A stretch of 64,000 nt of DNA from Candidatus Beckwithbacteria bacterium CG10_big_fil_rev_8_21_14_0_10_34_10 (GTDB lineage: Bacteria; Patescibacteriota; Microgenomatia; UBA1400), in NCBI GenBank assembly GCA_002773945.1, contig PEZT01000028.1, positions 4,034-68,033 of the forward strand. The letters are read 5' to 3'. Made by a program: the position numbers and the translations under genes. The notes beneath the pieces were generated by a model. That model saw only the letters and a program-made list of their open reading frames with translations. It ran no database searches and was not told where the DNA came from. Below are positions 33,610 through 43,794 of this stretch, piece after piece; position 1 is the first letter of the stretch, and each line of letters starts with the position of its first letter.

Positions 33610-33936
33610 CTATTTCACTCTTTTAAGCTGTTTTTTACTAAACTCGCCTACAATTGGCAATTCAAACATTTCTCCTTGAAAAGCCTTAACTAAACAGTAA
33701 ATCCAAAGAATAGTGCTGAAAAGAATAATAAAAGGGCTTAAGATCCAACCTATTAATGGCACCATGGTTAAAGCTGTTAAAGCTCCAAAAGCAACTGTTG
33801 ACTGCATCGCATGAAATCTTACCTTCTCGTCTTCTTTTTCAGTTAAAAGCAGGATTATTCCTGTTACCCAGACCCCTAGATAGGCAATGACTGAAGCCAT
33901 GTTTTTATCCATTCCTAAACTATTTTTTTTATTCAT
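33610..33936 (-). CDS. Small integral membrane protein (DUF4870-like)
   Basis: 108 aa with 2-3 TM helices and a conserved-looking RFHAMQS segment. Confidence 0.4.
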   Translation of the reverse strand: MNKKNSLGMDKNMASVIAYLGVWVTGIILLLTEKEDEKVRFHAMQSTVAFGALTALTMVPLIGWILSPFIILFSTILWIYCLVKAFQGEMFELPIVGEFSKKQLKRVK

Positions 33937-33949
33937 TTTAACCTCCTTT

Positions 33950-35284
33950 CTAAAATAAAGTAGTTTGTTCTTGTTTGTTTAAGTTTTTGTTTAACTTGAT
34001 TACTTTTTCATTTTTCCAAATTTTAACAGTTCCAAAAACACCATCAAATCCAGGTTCAATAACAATCTTGCTTTTCCTCATTTTTTCTATCGCCTCAGCT
34101 ACCCTATCACCAGCTATTTCTTTTATTTTATCTAAACTAGTTTTGGTTAAAATCTCTAGTTCAGGCGCTAAAACACTAATTAATCTTTCATATTCTGTTT
34201 GGACTTTTTTACTATTAGGTCCTACTCCTAAACTCTCGGACAAAACCTCTAGTAAGGGAACTAACATTACATAAGGAGGCCTTTGGGGATCTTTTTGATT
34301 ATAGTAACCAACTAGACCGACTTGATTCTCCTTTTCCATTACTTTTATCTCCTTACTTTCAGCTAAATCTTCAACCCTGTGCATGACTCCTAAAGTTAAG
34401 GGCTTGCCACAAACAGGGCAAATTGTCCCTTTCTTTTTAGTCTCTTTGGGCGACTGCCTTACCTGACAGTTACGGTGACCAGTATAATGATACTTACCTT
34501 CTTCTGGATGAAATTCAATTGTATAGGATATTTTCCAACGGCTTTTTTTATCTTTTTTGATCGCCATAGTTAAATCATTAAAAGAAAAGCTTTTTTTTGT
34601 TTGGCTTTGAAAAACAGTTGCTTCCCTCCCCAATTTAGCCGGTGAGTGAGCATCAGAAAAAGAAAGAATTGACCGTTTATCTAAATCTTTAATTTGCCAG
34701 TTCATGGCTGGATCTGAAGAAAGACCGGTTTCAATCCCATAAATCTTATCACTAAATTTCCCAAAACACTCTTCAACTGAATCAAATCCAGACTTGGAAC
34801 CAAACATTGAAAACCATGGTGTCCAAATGTGAGCCGGAATAATTAAAACATCTTCATCAATTGACCAGACAAGCTCTCCTAATTCAATTGAAGAAAGACC
34901 AATAATTGGCCGGCCATCACTCATTAAATTACATCCTTTGCTTTTTAATTCCTTATTTATTTTATTAACAGTCTTAAAAGAAGGGGCCATAACTACATTA
35001 TGAATTCTTCTTGTTTTCCCTCCTTGGGAATAAATGGAAGAAATTTCCGTAGAAAGGATAAAAGAAGTTTTACTATTGTCTTTTTTAAGCTGATAAACTC
35101 CATCCTCTTTTTCTTTTAATAATGACTCTAATTCCTTTAACCATAAGGGATGAGTCCAATCCGATGTTCCCAAAAGATCAATTCCCTTTTTTTGAGCCCA
35201 TAAACCTAAAGTTTCCGGCTCCATTTTTTGAGAAACAGCCCTCGAATACTTAGAGTGAAGGTGAAGATCTGCTATAATTTTCAT
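33950..35284 (-). CDS. Endonuclease Q-like PHP-domain nuclease with Cys4 zinc finger
   Basis: 444 aa. The N-terminus ADLHLHSKYSRAVS is PHP-domain metal ligands, as in archaeal EndoQ (ADLHIHSRYS). It has an internal C...CPVCGKPL zinc ribbon. Confidence 0.5.
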   Translation of the reverse strand: MKIIADLHLHSKYSRAVSQKMEPETLGLWAQKKGIDLLGTSDWTHPLWLKELESLLKEKEDGVYQLKKDNSKTSFILSTEISSIYSQGGKTRRIHNVVMAPSFKTVNKINKELKSKGCNLMSDGRPIIGLSSIELGELVWSIDEDVLIIPAHIWTPWFSMFGSKSGFDSVEECFGKFSDKIYGIETGLSSDPAMNWQIKDLDKRSILSFSDAHSPAKLGREATVFQSQTKKSFSFNDLTMAIKKDKKSRWKISYTIEFHPEEGKYHYTGHRNCQVRQSPKETKKKGTICPVCGKPLTLGVMHRVEDLAESKEIKVMEKENQVGLVGYYNQKDPQRPPYVMLVPLLEVLSESLGVGPNSKKVQTEYERLISVLAPELEILTKTSLDKIKEIAGDRVAEAIEKMRKSKIVIEPGFDGVFGTVKIWKNEKVIKLNKNLNKQEQTTLF

Positions 35285-35320
35285 TGTTCTATTTTAACAT
35301 TTTTTCAAAATCAAAGTTTA

Positions 35321-36052
35321 ATGAAAAATTGTCCAATAATTTCTGTTATTATTCCCAGCTTTAATGAGGAAAAATATTTGTCTTCTTGTTTGAAATCTGT
35401 TTTAAGCCAGGATTTTCCCAAAAAAGACTATGAAATAATTATGGTTGATAATGATTCTTCTGACAAAACTCTTAAAATTGCTAAGAGTTTTAAAAGAGTT
35501 AAGGTTCTTAAAGAATTAAAAAAGGGTTTGGTTATGGCTAGAAATAAAGGATTACAAAAAAGCCGGGGTAAAATTATAGTTAACTTGGATGCTGATTGCC
35601 TTGTTCCTATAAACTGGTTAAGAAAAATTAAAATTCATTTTGAAAAGAATAAAAAATTAGTTGTTTTAACCGGACCCTATATTCCTTATAAGGATGAAAA
35701 AAACCCAGTTGATTATCTTAATATAAAAATAGTTAATTTTTTTTATCAAAACTTTAACTACCTTCTATCTTACTGGGGAGGTAATACTGCCATCTTAAAA
35801 AAAACTTTATTGAAAGTTGGCGGTTACAATCTTTTAAATCCCTATCATGATGAGCTTCAACTCTTAAAAAAACTGAGAAAAAAAGGCCAACTTGTTTTTG
35901 ACCCTAGTTTAAAAATTATTTCCTCCAACCGTCGAGTTAAGAATCGATTTTTAAAGTTTTTCCTAAAAGAGGTTGTTTTTTTGTATCTCTTTAATAATCT
36001 TTATAATAAAATTACTAACAAACATTGGCAGGCTTGGGAAGTAGTTAGATAA
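35321..36052 (+). CDS. Family 2 glycosyltransferase
   Basis: IISVIIPSFNEEKYL...VDNDSSD is the GT-A DxD context. The start is chosen at the internal Met (MKNCPIIS) so that it does not overlap the convergent EndoQ-like gene. Confidence 0.75.
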   Translation: MKNCPIISVIIPSFNEEKYLSSCLKSVLSQDFPKKDYEIIMVDNDSSDKTLKIAKSFKRVKVLKELKKGLVMARNKGLQKSRGKIIVNLDADCLVPINWLRKIKIHFEKNKKLVVLTGPYIPYKDEKNPVDYLNIKIVNFFYQNFNYLLSYWGGNTAILKKTLLKVGGYNLLNPYHDELQLLKKLRKKGQLVFDPSLKIISSNRRVKNRFLKFFLKEVVFLYLFNNLYNKITNKHWQAWEVVR

Positions 36053-36066
36053 AAACTTAGTTTAAA

Positions 36067-37239
36067 TTACTGGAGTAAATCTTTATAAGCTTTTTCTAAT
36101 TTTTCAATAATATTATCCAATAAGTATTCTTTTTTGATTAAACCTTTTGATCTTTGGGAAAATTTTTCTCTTAAAGATTCATTTCTAAGGATTTTTATCA
36201 TTCCTTTACTTAAACCATTAATATCACCGGGGTTGAAAAGGATTCCATTGCCCCTAATTAATTCTTCCATTCCCCTGGCTTTAACCCCAACAATAGGGAG
36301 ACCAAAAGCAATCGCTTCTAAAACAGACATGGGTTGCACTTCTGAAGTGCTAGCAGTGGCAAACAAACTGGCAATTTCATAAGCTCCGCTTTGTAGAAGT
36401 TTTTGGTGATCTATTTTACCAGTAAAAATGACTTTTTTTTCTAAACCAAGGGCTTTACTTAATTCTTTTAGCCCTCCTAAAGCTGGACCTTCACCAATTA
36501 TTAGAAGCTTAGCCTCAGGTTCTTTTCTCACAACTTGATTAAAAGCCAATAAAAGAATGTCCAGTGATTTTTCCCGGCTGGTTCGACCCACATAAATAAT
36601 TGTTTTATTACTTAGACTATATCTGCTTTTAAAATCAGTGATTTTATTTAAAGAGGTTTTTTTAACTAAATCAAGATTAACTGAATTATGAATTATTTTT
36701 ATTTCCTTTTTAATTCCCTGTCTTTCTAAATCCTTTTTAGCAAAAAATGAAGGGGTAATAATTAAATCACAACGGTTATAAATAGAATTACTGTATTTCC
36801 ATAATACTTTTTCAATAAAATCTTCACCCCAGTGGCTGAGTTTAACAATCTTTTGGTATTCGGGTGACATAAAGTAAGTATGAAAGGTACCAACTAAGGG
36901 TTTTTTTAAAAGTTTTGCCGTTAAAATTGCTTCCATTCCCACAAGGTCAGGCGTATGAAAATGAATAATGTCTGGATTAATCTTTTTAATTCTAATAAAA
37001 GAATTGGCACTGGGAGCCCCAATATTAACATCTTTATATATTTTAGTTTTAAAAGAAGGTAAAGAAACTATTTCTATCCCCGTTTTCCTTACCTTGTTCA
37101 AAACCGGGCTTTTAGCTTTTGGAACACAAATAGTAATTTGATGGCCTTTTTTAATTAAACCCAAAGAAAGATTTAGAACCGCCGTTGTAACTCCGCAAAG
37201 ATAAGGAAAAAATGAAGTGGTATAAAAAACAATTTTCAT
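36067..37239 (-). CDS. Family 4 (GT-B) glycosyltransferase
   Basis: 390 aa. The C-terminal EVQPMSVLEAIAFGLPIV is the GT4 E-x7-E-like motif. Confidence 0.75.
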   Translation of the reverse strand: MKIVFYTTSFFPYLCGVTTAVLNLSLGLIKKGHQITICVPKAKSPVLNKVRKTGIEIVSLPSFKTKIYKDVNIGAPSANSFIRIKKINPDIIHFHTPDLVGMEAILTAKLLKKPLVGTFHTYFMSPEYQKIVKLSHWGEDFIEKVLWKYSNSIYNRCDLIITPSFFAKKDLERQGIKKEIKIIHNSVNLDLVKKTSLNKITDFKSRYSLSNKTIIYVGRTSREKSLDILLLAFNQVVRKEPEAKLLIIGEGPALGGLKELSKALGLEKKVIFTGKIDHQKLLQSGAYEIASLFATASTSEVQPMSVLEAIAFGLPIVGVKARGMEELIRGNGILFNPGDINGLSKGMIKILRNESLREKFSQRSKGLIKKEYLLDNIIEKLEKAYKDLLQ

Positions 37240-37243
37240 AATT

Positions 37244-38251
37244 CTAATTTGTTGGGGTAGATAAAAGCATTTCCCCTGGCTTTTGGGTTACCCGCCAAAA
37301 CTCAAAAAAAATAAATAAAAAGTAAAGAATTAAAAGAACAAGGCCTTCCCACCATTCTAATTTCCTCTTAGTTCTAACAAAAAACCAAAAACAGAAAAAC
37401 AAAAGCAGGAAAAACATGGTGGCCCAAAAATAGACTTTAAAACCACCATCTAAAATAATTGGTTGAATCAAGGCTGTAACCCCTAAAATCAAAGTTGAAT
37501 TAGCCACAATACTTCCAAGTAAATCTCCAAAAACCATCGCCACTTGTTTTTTTCTGACCGCCGCTATTTCAAAAGACAATTCTGGCAAAGAAGTCCCAAC
37601 AGCAACCAGAAACAAACCAATTAAAATTACCGGAACATTAAAGCTTCTAGCTATTAAACTAGCTGTTTTTACTATTCCATCAGCACTAAAAATCAAAAGA
37701 GCAGCCCCAAAAAAGATCCAGGCGATCTGAGTATCTGTTCCCTTGTGATTTAAACGATGTAAAAACTTTCTCATTCCCAATTTTCTTTTAAACTTACTTT
37801 TGCCTCTTAAAACTGTAAAATTATACACTCCATAAATCGCCAGCAATAAAAGACCCTCTACTCTGGTTAAACGGCCGTCTAAAAGCATTAATAAAGGCAT
37901 TACACCAGCTAAAAAAACATAAAAAATATCTTTAAATACAAATTCGCCAATTATTCCAATTGAACCGCCAAAAATAGCGGCTCCACCAATCACTAAAGAA
38001 AGATCAGCAATATTTGAACCTAAAACATTACCCAAAGATAAATTGGGCTGTCTTTCCAAAGCGGCCGTAATACCCACAAAAAGCTCTGGCAGTGAAGTGG
38101 CTAAAGCTAAAACAAAACTAGTTAAGCCAAATTTGCTAAAATGAGATGCTTTTGATAACCGATTAAAAGAACTAATTAAAATCTCAGTTGCTTTAATTAG
38201 CAAAAAAGAAAAAAAGATTAAAAGACCTAGATAAATCGCTAAATAAATCAT
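37244..38251 (-). CDS. Ca2+/Na+ antiporter (CaCA family, YrbG-like)
   Basis: 335 aa, 10 TM helices. It has two alpha-repeats: GNVLGSNIADLSL and GDLLGSIVANSTL. Confidence 0.75.
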   Translation of the reverse strand: MIYLAIYLGLLIFFSFLLIKATEILISSFNRLSKASHFSKFGLTSFVLALATSLPELFVGITAALERQPNLSLGNVLGSNIADLSLVIGGAAIFGGSIGIIGEFVFKDIFYVFLAGVMPLLMLLDGRLTRVEGLLLLAIYGVYNFTVLRGKSKFKRKLGMRKFLHRLNHKGTDTQIAWIFFGAALLIFSADGIVKTASLIARSFNVPVILIGLFLVAVGTSLPELSFEIAAVRKKQVAMVFGDLLGSIVANSTLILGVTALIQPIILDGGFKVYFWATMFFLLLFFCFWFFVRTKRKLEWWEGLVLLILYFLFIFFEFWRVTQKPGEMLLSTPTN

Positions 38252-38280
38252 TTTTTTTATAATACCATAAACTAAAAAAA

Positions 38281-40851
38281 TTAAGCTAGGGAATTAGATT
38301 TAATTTTACTTTTGTTTCTTAGAAAAAACCACTTTACCAATTCTATTAATAAAACATTAGTCACTCCTAAGCCTATTATTATAAACCAAGAAGAAATATT
38401 AAGAGGAACTGTTTTTAAAAGCCGGTTTGCCAAGGGTAAATAAATGCCTGAAATTAAAAGCAAAAACCCAAAAAAAACAGAAAAAATTAAAAATTTATTA
38501 TTAAAAAGGTTTTCATTCCAGATGTTTTTCCTTAATGTTTTACAGGAAAAAACATACAAAAGAGAATTTATCGCCAAACCAGCAAAAACGATGGTCCTGA
38601 CCTTTTCCATTGCCATCTCCTGTTTCAATAACCATATAAAGATACCAAAAAGAAAAAGATCAGTCATAATTCCGACAATAAAAATTATAACTTTTATTTC
38701 TTTATCTATAATTGGGGTGCCTTTTTTTCTTGGCAGTTCTTTCATTAGATCATCATCTTTTGGTTCAAAGGCCAAAGCCAAACCTGGCAGTCCATCTTCA
38801 ACTAGGTTAACCCAAAGAATTTGAGCCGGAAAAAGCGGCACTGGCAAACCCAAAAGCAGACTCCCGCCAATTAATATCACTTCAGTAAAACTATCTGATA
38901 ACAAAAACAAGACCACTTTTTTAATGTTTTCAAAAATTCCCCGACCCTCTTCAACAGCGGCGACAATGGTTTGAAAATTAGAATCTAGTAAAACTATATC
39001 AGCTGTTTCTTTAGCTACCTCGCTGGCCTCATTAACAACAATCCCAATATCTGACTTTTTTAAAGCTAAAACATCATTAACACCATCACCCATCATTGCT
39101 ACTGTATGACCTTTATTCTGCAAAGCTTCAACAATTCTAATTTTCTGCTCCGGCGTAGTTCGGCTAAAAAGAAGAACCTTATCAATTTTCTTTAAAAGCT
39201 CTTCACTAGATATTTTTTCCAGTTGCCAGCCTTCCATTGCTTGGTCCTCTTTTAAACTACCATCAGCCAGTCCCAATTTTCTCAAAACAGCTAAAGCTGT
39301 ATTCTTATAGTCTCCGGTAATGATTTTAACTTTAATTCCGGCTCTCTGACATTCAGCCAAAGACTTCTTCACTTCTAATCTAACCGGATCTTCAAAAAGA
39401 AGTAACCCCAGCCATTCTAGTTTTAAACTGTGCCAGTTACCATCAACATGACCATCATATTTTTTAAAGTCTTTTTTTAAACGATTAAAGTGAAGTTTAA
39501 GTCTTTCTAGATCACCGGCCCGAGAAGCAAAAGCCACTACTCTCAAGCCTTTTTTAGTATATTCATCTAGTTTTTTCATCCATTTTAGTTTTTCTCTTGA
39601 AGAAAAGGGAACCATTTCCATCACCATTTCCGGAGCGCCGGAAAGAAAAATCTCCCCCCTGTCTCTATCTTTAGAATTGTTTAAACTAGTTAAAACAGCA
39701 ATAAACTTTTTTTCTGAAGAAAAAGGGATTTCTGCTATCCGGGGGTTTTCTTTAATCAATTGGCCAGTGTTTTTATTCTCTTTTGAAACCCAATCCATCA
39801 TTGCAATTTCCAAAGGGTTAATCAGGTTATTGCAAAGAACCGCGGCTTTTTTTCCCTGATGAAGATTAATAAAATCAGCTCCAACAACCTTCATTTTCCC
39901 TTCAGTTAAAGTGCCGGTTTTATCAGCACAAATAACATCAACTGAACCTAAGGTTTCAGCCGCCAATAGCTTTCTAACTAAACCTTTTCTCTTTAAAATC
40001 TTTTGCATTCCCAAAGTTAAAATAACTGTTAAAGCAATCACTAGGCCTTCGGGAATAGCGGCTACAGCCACGGCTACGCTTAGAGTAAACATTTCCAACC
40101 AAGGACGCTGTCTTAGTATTCCTTCAAAAAAAATGATCAAACAAATTAAGGCAAAAATAATGGCTAAAAACCTGGATAGTTTAGTAATTTGTTTTTTTAA
40201 AGGTGTTTCTTCATCAATTGTCTCTTTTAACTTACCAGCCAGTTGACCCATTTTTGCTTTCATTCCTGTAGCTGTAACAAGCATCCTTCCCCGGCCGCTA
40301 ACCACCACTGTTCCCATAAAAGCTTTAAATTGAGGCTTTATTTCATCCCTTTCTTCCTTTAAATTTTGGAGTTGTCTTTTTTCCACCGGAATACTCTCAC
40401 CAGTCAAAATAGCCTCACTTATATGAAGGTCAACCTCTTTGATTATCAAACCATCAGCCGGAACCTTATCACCGGTACTTAAAACCACTAAGTCCCCGGG
40501 AACAATATTTTTGGCTTCAATTAACTCCTCTTTGCCGTCTCTAATTACTTTGGTATGTATAACAATCATTTTTCTTAAAGCTACTAAAGATTTTTCTGCC
40601 TTAAATTCCTGAATAAAACCCAAAATAGTGTTAACTCCAACCGCTAAAAAAATCACCACTGAATCAGTCCATTCTTTCAAAAATAGAGTAATTAGGCCGG
40701 CAAAAAAAAGAATATAAATTAAAGGAGACTTAAATTGATCTAATAAAAGCTTCAATAAAGATAATTGCTTTTTTCTCTCAATTTCATTAAAACCATGTTT
40801 ATTTAGTCTTGTTTTAGCTTCTTGAAAGGTTAAACCCTGAGATTTATCCAT
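38281..40851 (-). CDS. P-type ATPase, type IIA/IIB (Ca2+-transporting-like)
   Basis: 856 aa. DKTGTLT is the phosphorylation site. TGDYKNTA and GDGVNDVLALKKSDIG are the hinge motifs. 8-10 TM helices. Confidence 0.85.
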   Translation of the reverse strand: MDKSQGLTFQEAKTRLNKHGFNEIERKKQLSLLKLLLDQFKSPLIYILFFAGLITLFLKEWTDSVVIFLAVGVNTILGFIQEFKAEKSLVALRKMIVIHTKVIRDGKEELIEAKNIVPGDLVVLSTGDKVPADGLIIKEVDLHISEAILTGESIPVEKRQLQNLKEERDEIKPQFKAFMGTVVVSGRGRMLVTATGMKAKMGQLAGKLKETIDEETPLKKQITKLSRFLAIIFALICLIIFFEGILRQRPWLEMFTLSVAVAVAAIPEGLVIALTVILTLGMQKILKRKGLVRKLLAAETLGSVDVICADKTGTLTEGKMKVVGADFINLHQGKKAAVLCNNLINPLEIAMMDWVSKENKNTGQLIKENPRIAEIPFSSEKKFIAVLTSLNNSKDRDRGEIFLSGAPEMVMEMVPFSSREKLKWMKKLDEYTKKGLRVVAFASRAGDLERLKLHFNRLKKDFKKYDGHVDGNWHSLKLEWLGLLLFEDPVRLEVKKSLAECQRAGIKVKIITGDYKNTALAVLRKLGLADGSLKEDQAMEGWQLEKISSEELLKKIDKVLLFSRTTPEQKIRIVEALQNKGHTVAMMGDGVNDVLALKKSDIGIVVNEASEVAKETADIVLLDSNFQTIVAAVEEGRGIFENIKKVVLFLLSDSFTEVILIGGSLLLGLPVPLFPAQILWVNLVEDGLPGLALAFEPKDDDLMKELPRKKGTPIIDKEIKVIIFIVGIMTDLFLFGIFIWLLKQEMAMEKVRTIVFAGLAINSLLYVFSCKTLRKNIWNENLFNNKFLIFSVFFGFLLLISGIYLPLANRLLKTVPLNISSWFIIIGLGVTNVLLIELVKWFFLRNKSKIKSNSLA

Positions 40852-40907
40852 AAATTAATAGTAACAAAATAGAATCTTACTAACAATGAGAAGAGATTAA
40901 TAAAAAA

Positions 40908-42668
40908 CTAGCTCTTTAGTAGTCGCTCTAATTCATTTTTCTTGGTTGTCTCATTAAGACTTTTATCATCCCGAAATCTTTTAAGCCTGGGAAACCTCAA
41001 GGCTAGTTTTGCTGTATGAATTGGAGATCTGGTAATTGTATCGGCTTCTATTTCTACTATTAAACCTGGCTTACACCAGACATCGGGATTTATATTTTTA
41101 TTAACCTGATATTCTTTTGGTTTTTTATATGTTTTAAGTTTTTGACACCTTTTATGTATTTCTCTCCATTGTTTATCCGTCAAACCAATCCCTATTTTAG
41201 AAACCGTTAAGAATTTATTTTTATCAACTATTCCGACAAGAAAAGCGCCAATCCCAAAATTCGTTCTCTTGCCTTTGCCTTTATAATATCCCATTACCAC
41301 ACAGTCAATTGTATCGGCCAGGTCTGACTGCATCCCAACCTTATACTTTACCCAATTAAAGTTCCGATTTCCTGCTTGATAAACTGCATCTAATTTTTTA
41401 GCCATTAGTCCTTCCAACTCCTCAGACACTACCTTTTCAAAAAACTGATTAAATTCATTCGGCTTTTTGACAATTATTTGTCTTGTTAAAATAATTGCTT
41501 TTTCTTCCCCCTTACTTTTATTCAATATTTTTTCTAAAAGAGTTCTTCTTTGTTTAAAAGTCATATTTAATAAAGGTTTATTATTTAAATATAAAATATC
41601 AAAAACAAAAACTTTTAAAGGTACTTCTATCGCTTTTTCTAAAATCCCATGTTTTCTTTTTCGCTGGACAGTTTCTTGAAAAGAAAGGAATTTTTTTGTC
41701 TGGGGATCAAAAGCAATTGCTTCACCATCAAGAATAGCGTTATCAACTTTTAATTTTTGAACTGCCTTAATAATTTCTGGAAACATATGGGTAGTATTAT
41801 CTAAATTACGGGAAAAAATCCTAACAAAATACTTTTCCTTATTCTCAAATAAACTAAGATTAGTTTCATCTTTTAGCTTAAATTTTTTTGATCTATCAAA
41901 GTGAATTTGACAGCGAAAGCCATCCATTTTTGGCTCCAAAGCACATTGACCATCCATTTTTTCTAAGATTTCCTCCGGTTTTTTTAATCTTTCCGCTAAA
42001 GCCGCCCTAATCGGAATTCCCACTTCACTTTTAATTTTTTTAATTCCCTTTATCCCTTTGGTTTTAAAAACAAAAGCAATTTTACCTACATCAGCCAAAA
42101 CATTGAAAGCTCTTTCCAGTTCCGGCCTTAATGATTTATCTTGGTTTTCCATCCAGGATAAAGCATCTAAAACAGTCATATCTGAAAAGCCCAATCTTAA
42201 TCGATTAACCGGAATTCTGGCAATATATTTGGCGCTTAAAGAATCAAGTTTTTCTAGAAGTTCAGCCATTTTTTTTATTTTTCTTTCCTGGCTACCCGTC
42301 CCACTATCTTGAGCGATTTTAAAAAGCATTTCAAAAACATCACTTACACTTAAATTAAAGTCATCTTTTGTTTTTTTAAATCTTTTAATTACATCCCCTA
42401 AATCTCCAATTTCTTTAAAAGCCGCTAGAACTTCTTTCTCCTCAAATTTGGTTGATCGGGCAATTATTCTAACCATCATTTTTTCCGCTAAATTAAACTC
42501 AATCCCTTCATATTTTGGAGCCAATCTTCCTAAGCTAAGATAACAAACCTTATCAATTTCATCTTTTTGAGACTGCTTAAAAAGATCAGCTAGAACAGCT
42601 GTCATTTCCAATCTGGAAGGGGTATTTTCTATTTTGTTTAAAAATTTGGCTAGGGTTTTAAACTTCAT
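40908..42668 (-). CDS. ATP-dependent DNA ligase (Lig1/archaeal-type)
   Basis: 586 aa. EPKMDGFRCQIH is adenylation motif I (KxDG). OB-fold and other nucleotidyltransferase motifs follow. Confidence 0.8.
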   Translation of the reverse strand: MKFKTLAKFLNKIENTPSRLEMTAVLADLFKQSQKDEIDKVCYLSLGRLAPKYEGIEFNLAEKMMVRIIARSTKFEEKEVLAAFKEIGDLGDVIKRFKKTKDDFNLSVSDVFEMLFKIAQDSGTGSQERKIKKMAELLEKLDSLSAKYIARIPVNRLRLGFSDMTVLDALSWMENQDKSLRPELERAFNVLADVGKIAFVFKTKGIKGIKKIKSEVGIPIRAALAERLKKPEEILEKMDGQCALEPKMDGFRCQIHFDRSKKFKLKDETNLSLFENKEKYFVRIFSRNLDNTTHMFPEIIKAVQKLKVDNAILDGEAIAFDPQTKKFLSFQETVQRKRKHGILEKAIEVPLKVFVFDILYLNNKPLLNMTFKQRRTLLEKILNKSKGEEKAIILTRQIIVKKPNEFNQFFEKVVSEELEGLMAKKLDAVYQAGNRNFNWVKYKVGMQSDLADTIDCVVMGYYKGKGKRTNFGIGAFLVGIVDKNKFLTVSKIGIGLTDKQWREIHKRCQKLKTYKKPKEYQVNKNINPDVWCKPGLIVEIEADTITRSPIHTAKLALRFPRLKRFRDDKSLNETTKKNELERLLKS

Positions 42669-42669
42669 T

Positions 42670-43725
42670 TTAGTTAGCTAAAATATAGTAAGCGGCTTTA
42701 GTTTTTCCTTTTTTCCTAATAATTTTCTTTTTCATTAAATTCTTTAAATCTCTTAAAATTGTGTCTTCAGAAACCTTGGGAGTTATTTTTTTAGCTTCTC
42801 TCATAATTAGTTTTTCATTGTTTTTTAAATATTCTACCAGCTTTATTTGTCTTTCTGATAAAGCAATCTGCCTCCCCAATTTATCTTTAAGTTTATCGTC
42901 AAGAGAGATTTTCTTGACTATTTCTTTAATCTGCTCCAATTCTACTGATAAACACCTGGTAAAATATTCTAACCAAGCAGTTAAATCGCCATGGCTTTCC
43001 TCAACTGATTGAAGAGCCTTGTAATAACCCAGAGCATTTTTATCAAAATGCTCTTCTAGAGAAAAAAGCTTTTTTATATCATAACCCTCAATAAACAAAA
43101 TTAGGGTGGCAAAAGCTCTGGTAGCCCGGCCATTACCATCAGTAAAAGGATGAATTCTGACTAATTCAAAATGGGAAATACCGGCTCTTAAAACTGAATG
43201 GATTTCTTTTCCGTTTTTTGAATTAAGCCAGGAAAAAAAGTCATCTAATTGAAAAGTAACTTCTAAAGCTGGTGGTGGAGAAAAAATAATTTTGTTAGTT
43301 TTTGCCTCTTTAATAACTACCTTACTTTTTCTATACTTGCCAACCTGACCTTCATCTAATACTCTTGCGGTCACTAACTGATGAATTATTTTAAGCAGGC
43401 TTTGCTTATAAATAAACTCTTTTTTACTTTTTTTATCAAGTTTATCTAAATACTTTAAAACATTGCGATAATTTATTACTTCCTGAATATCTCTATCCCG
43501 AGCTAAAACTTTTTCTCCTTCAATGACTTTTTTGGCCTGGTTAAAAGAAAGTTGATTGCCTTCTAAATGAGTTCCATAATGAACTATTCTAGCAGTGGCT
43601 TCTTTTCTAAACTCAGCTTCCCAAACTGGGATTAAAGGCGCATTATTAATCACTTCTTTAGCCGCCTCAATTAAACTGATGTTTTTTAAAATCTTGTTGC
43701 TAATAGTAAATTGAGGTTGATACAC
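42670..43725 (-). CDS. Fic/Doc-family protein with C-terminal winged-helix domain
   Basis: 351 aa. HPFTDGNGRATRAF is the canonical Fic motif HPFx(D/E)GNGR. Confidence 0.85.
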   Translation of the reverse strand: MYQPQFTISNKILKNISLIEAAKEVINNAPLIPVWEAEFRKEATARIVHYGTHLEGNQLSFNQAKKVIEGEKVLARDRDIQEVINYRNVLKYLDKLDKKSKKEFIYKQSLLKIIHQLVTARVLDEGQVGKYRKSKVVIKEAKTNKIIFSPPPALEVTFQLDDFFSWLNSKNGKEIHSVLRAGISHFELVRIHPFTDGNGRATRAFATLILFIEGYDIKKLFSLEEHFDKNALGYYKALQSVEESHGDLTAWLEYFTRCLSVELEQIKEIVKKISLDDKLKDKLGRQIALSERQIKLVEYLKNNEKLIMREAKKITPKVSEDTILRDLKNLMKKKIIRKKGKTKAAYYILAN

Positions 43726-43794
43726 TTTATTTAATTATTGCAAAATATGCGGAAAATGTAAAGGGATGAAAATATTTATATTTTTTAACAAAAA

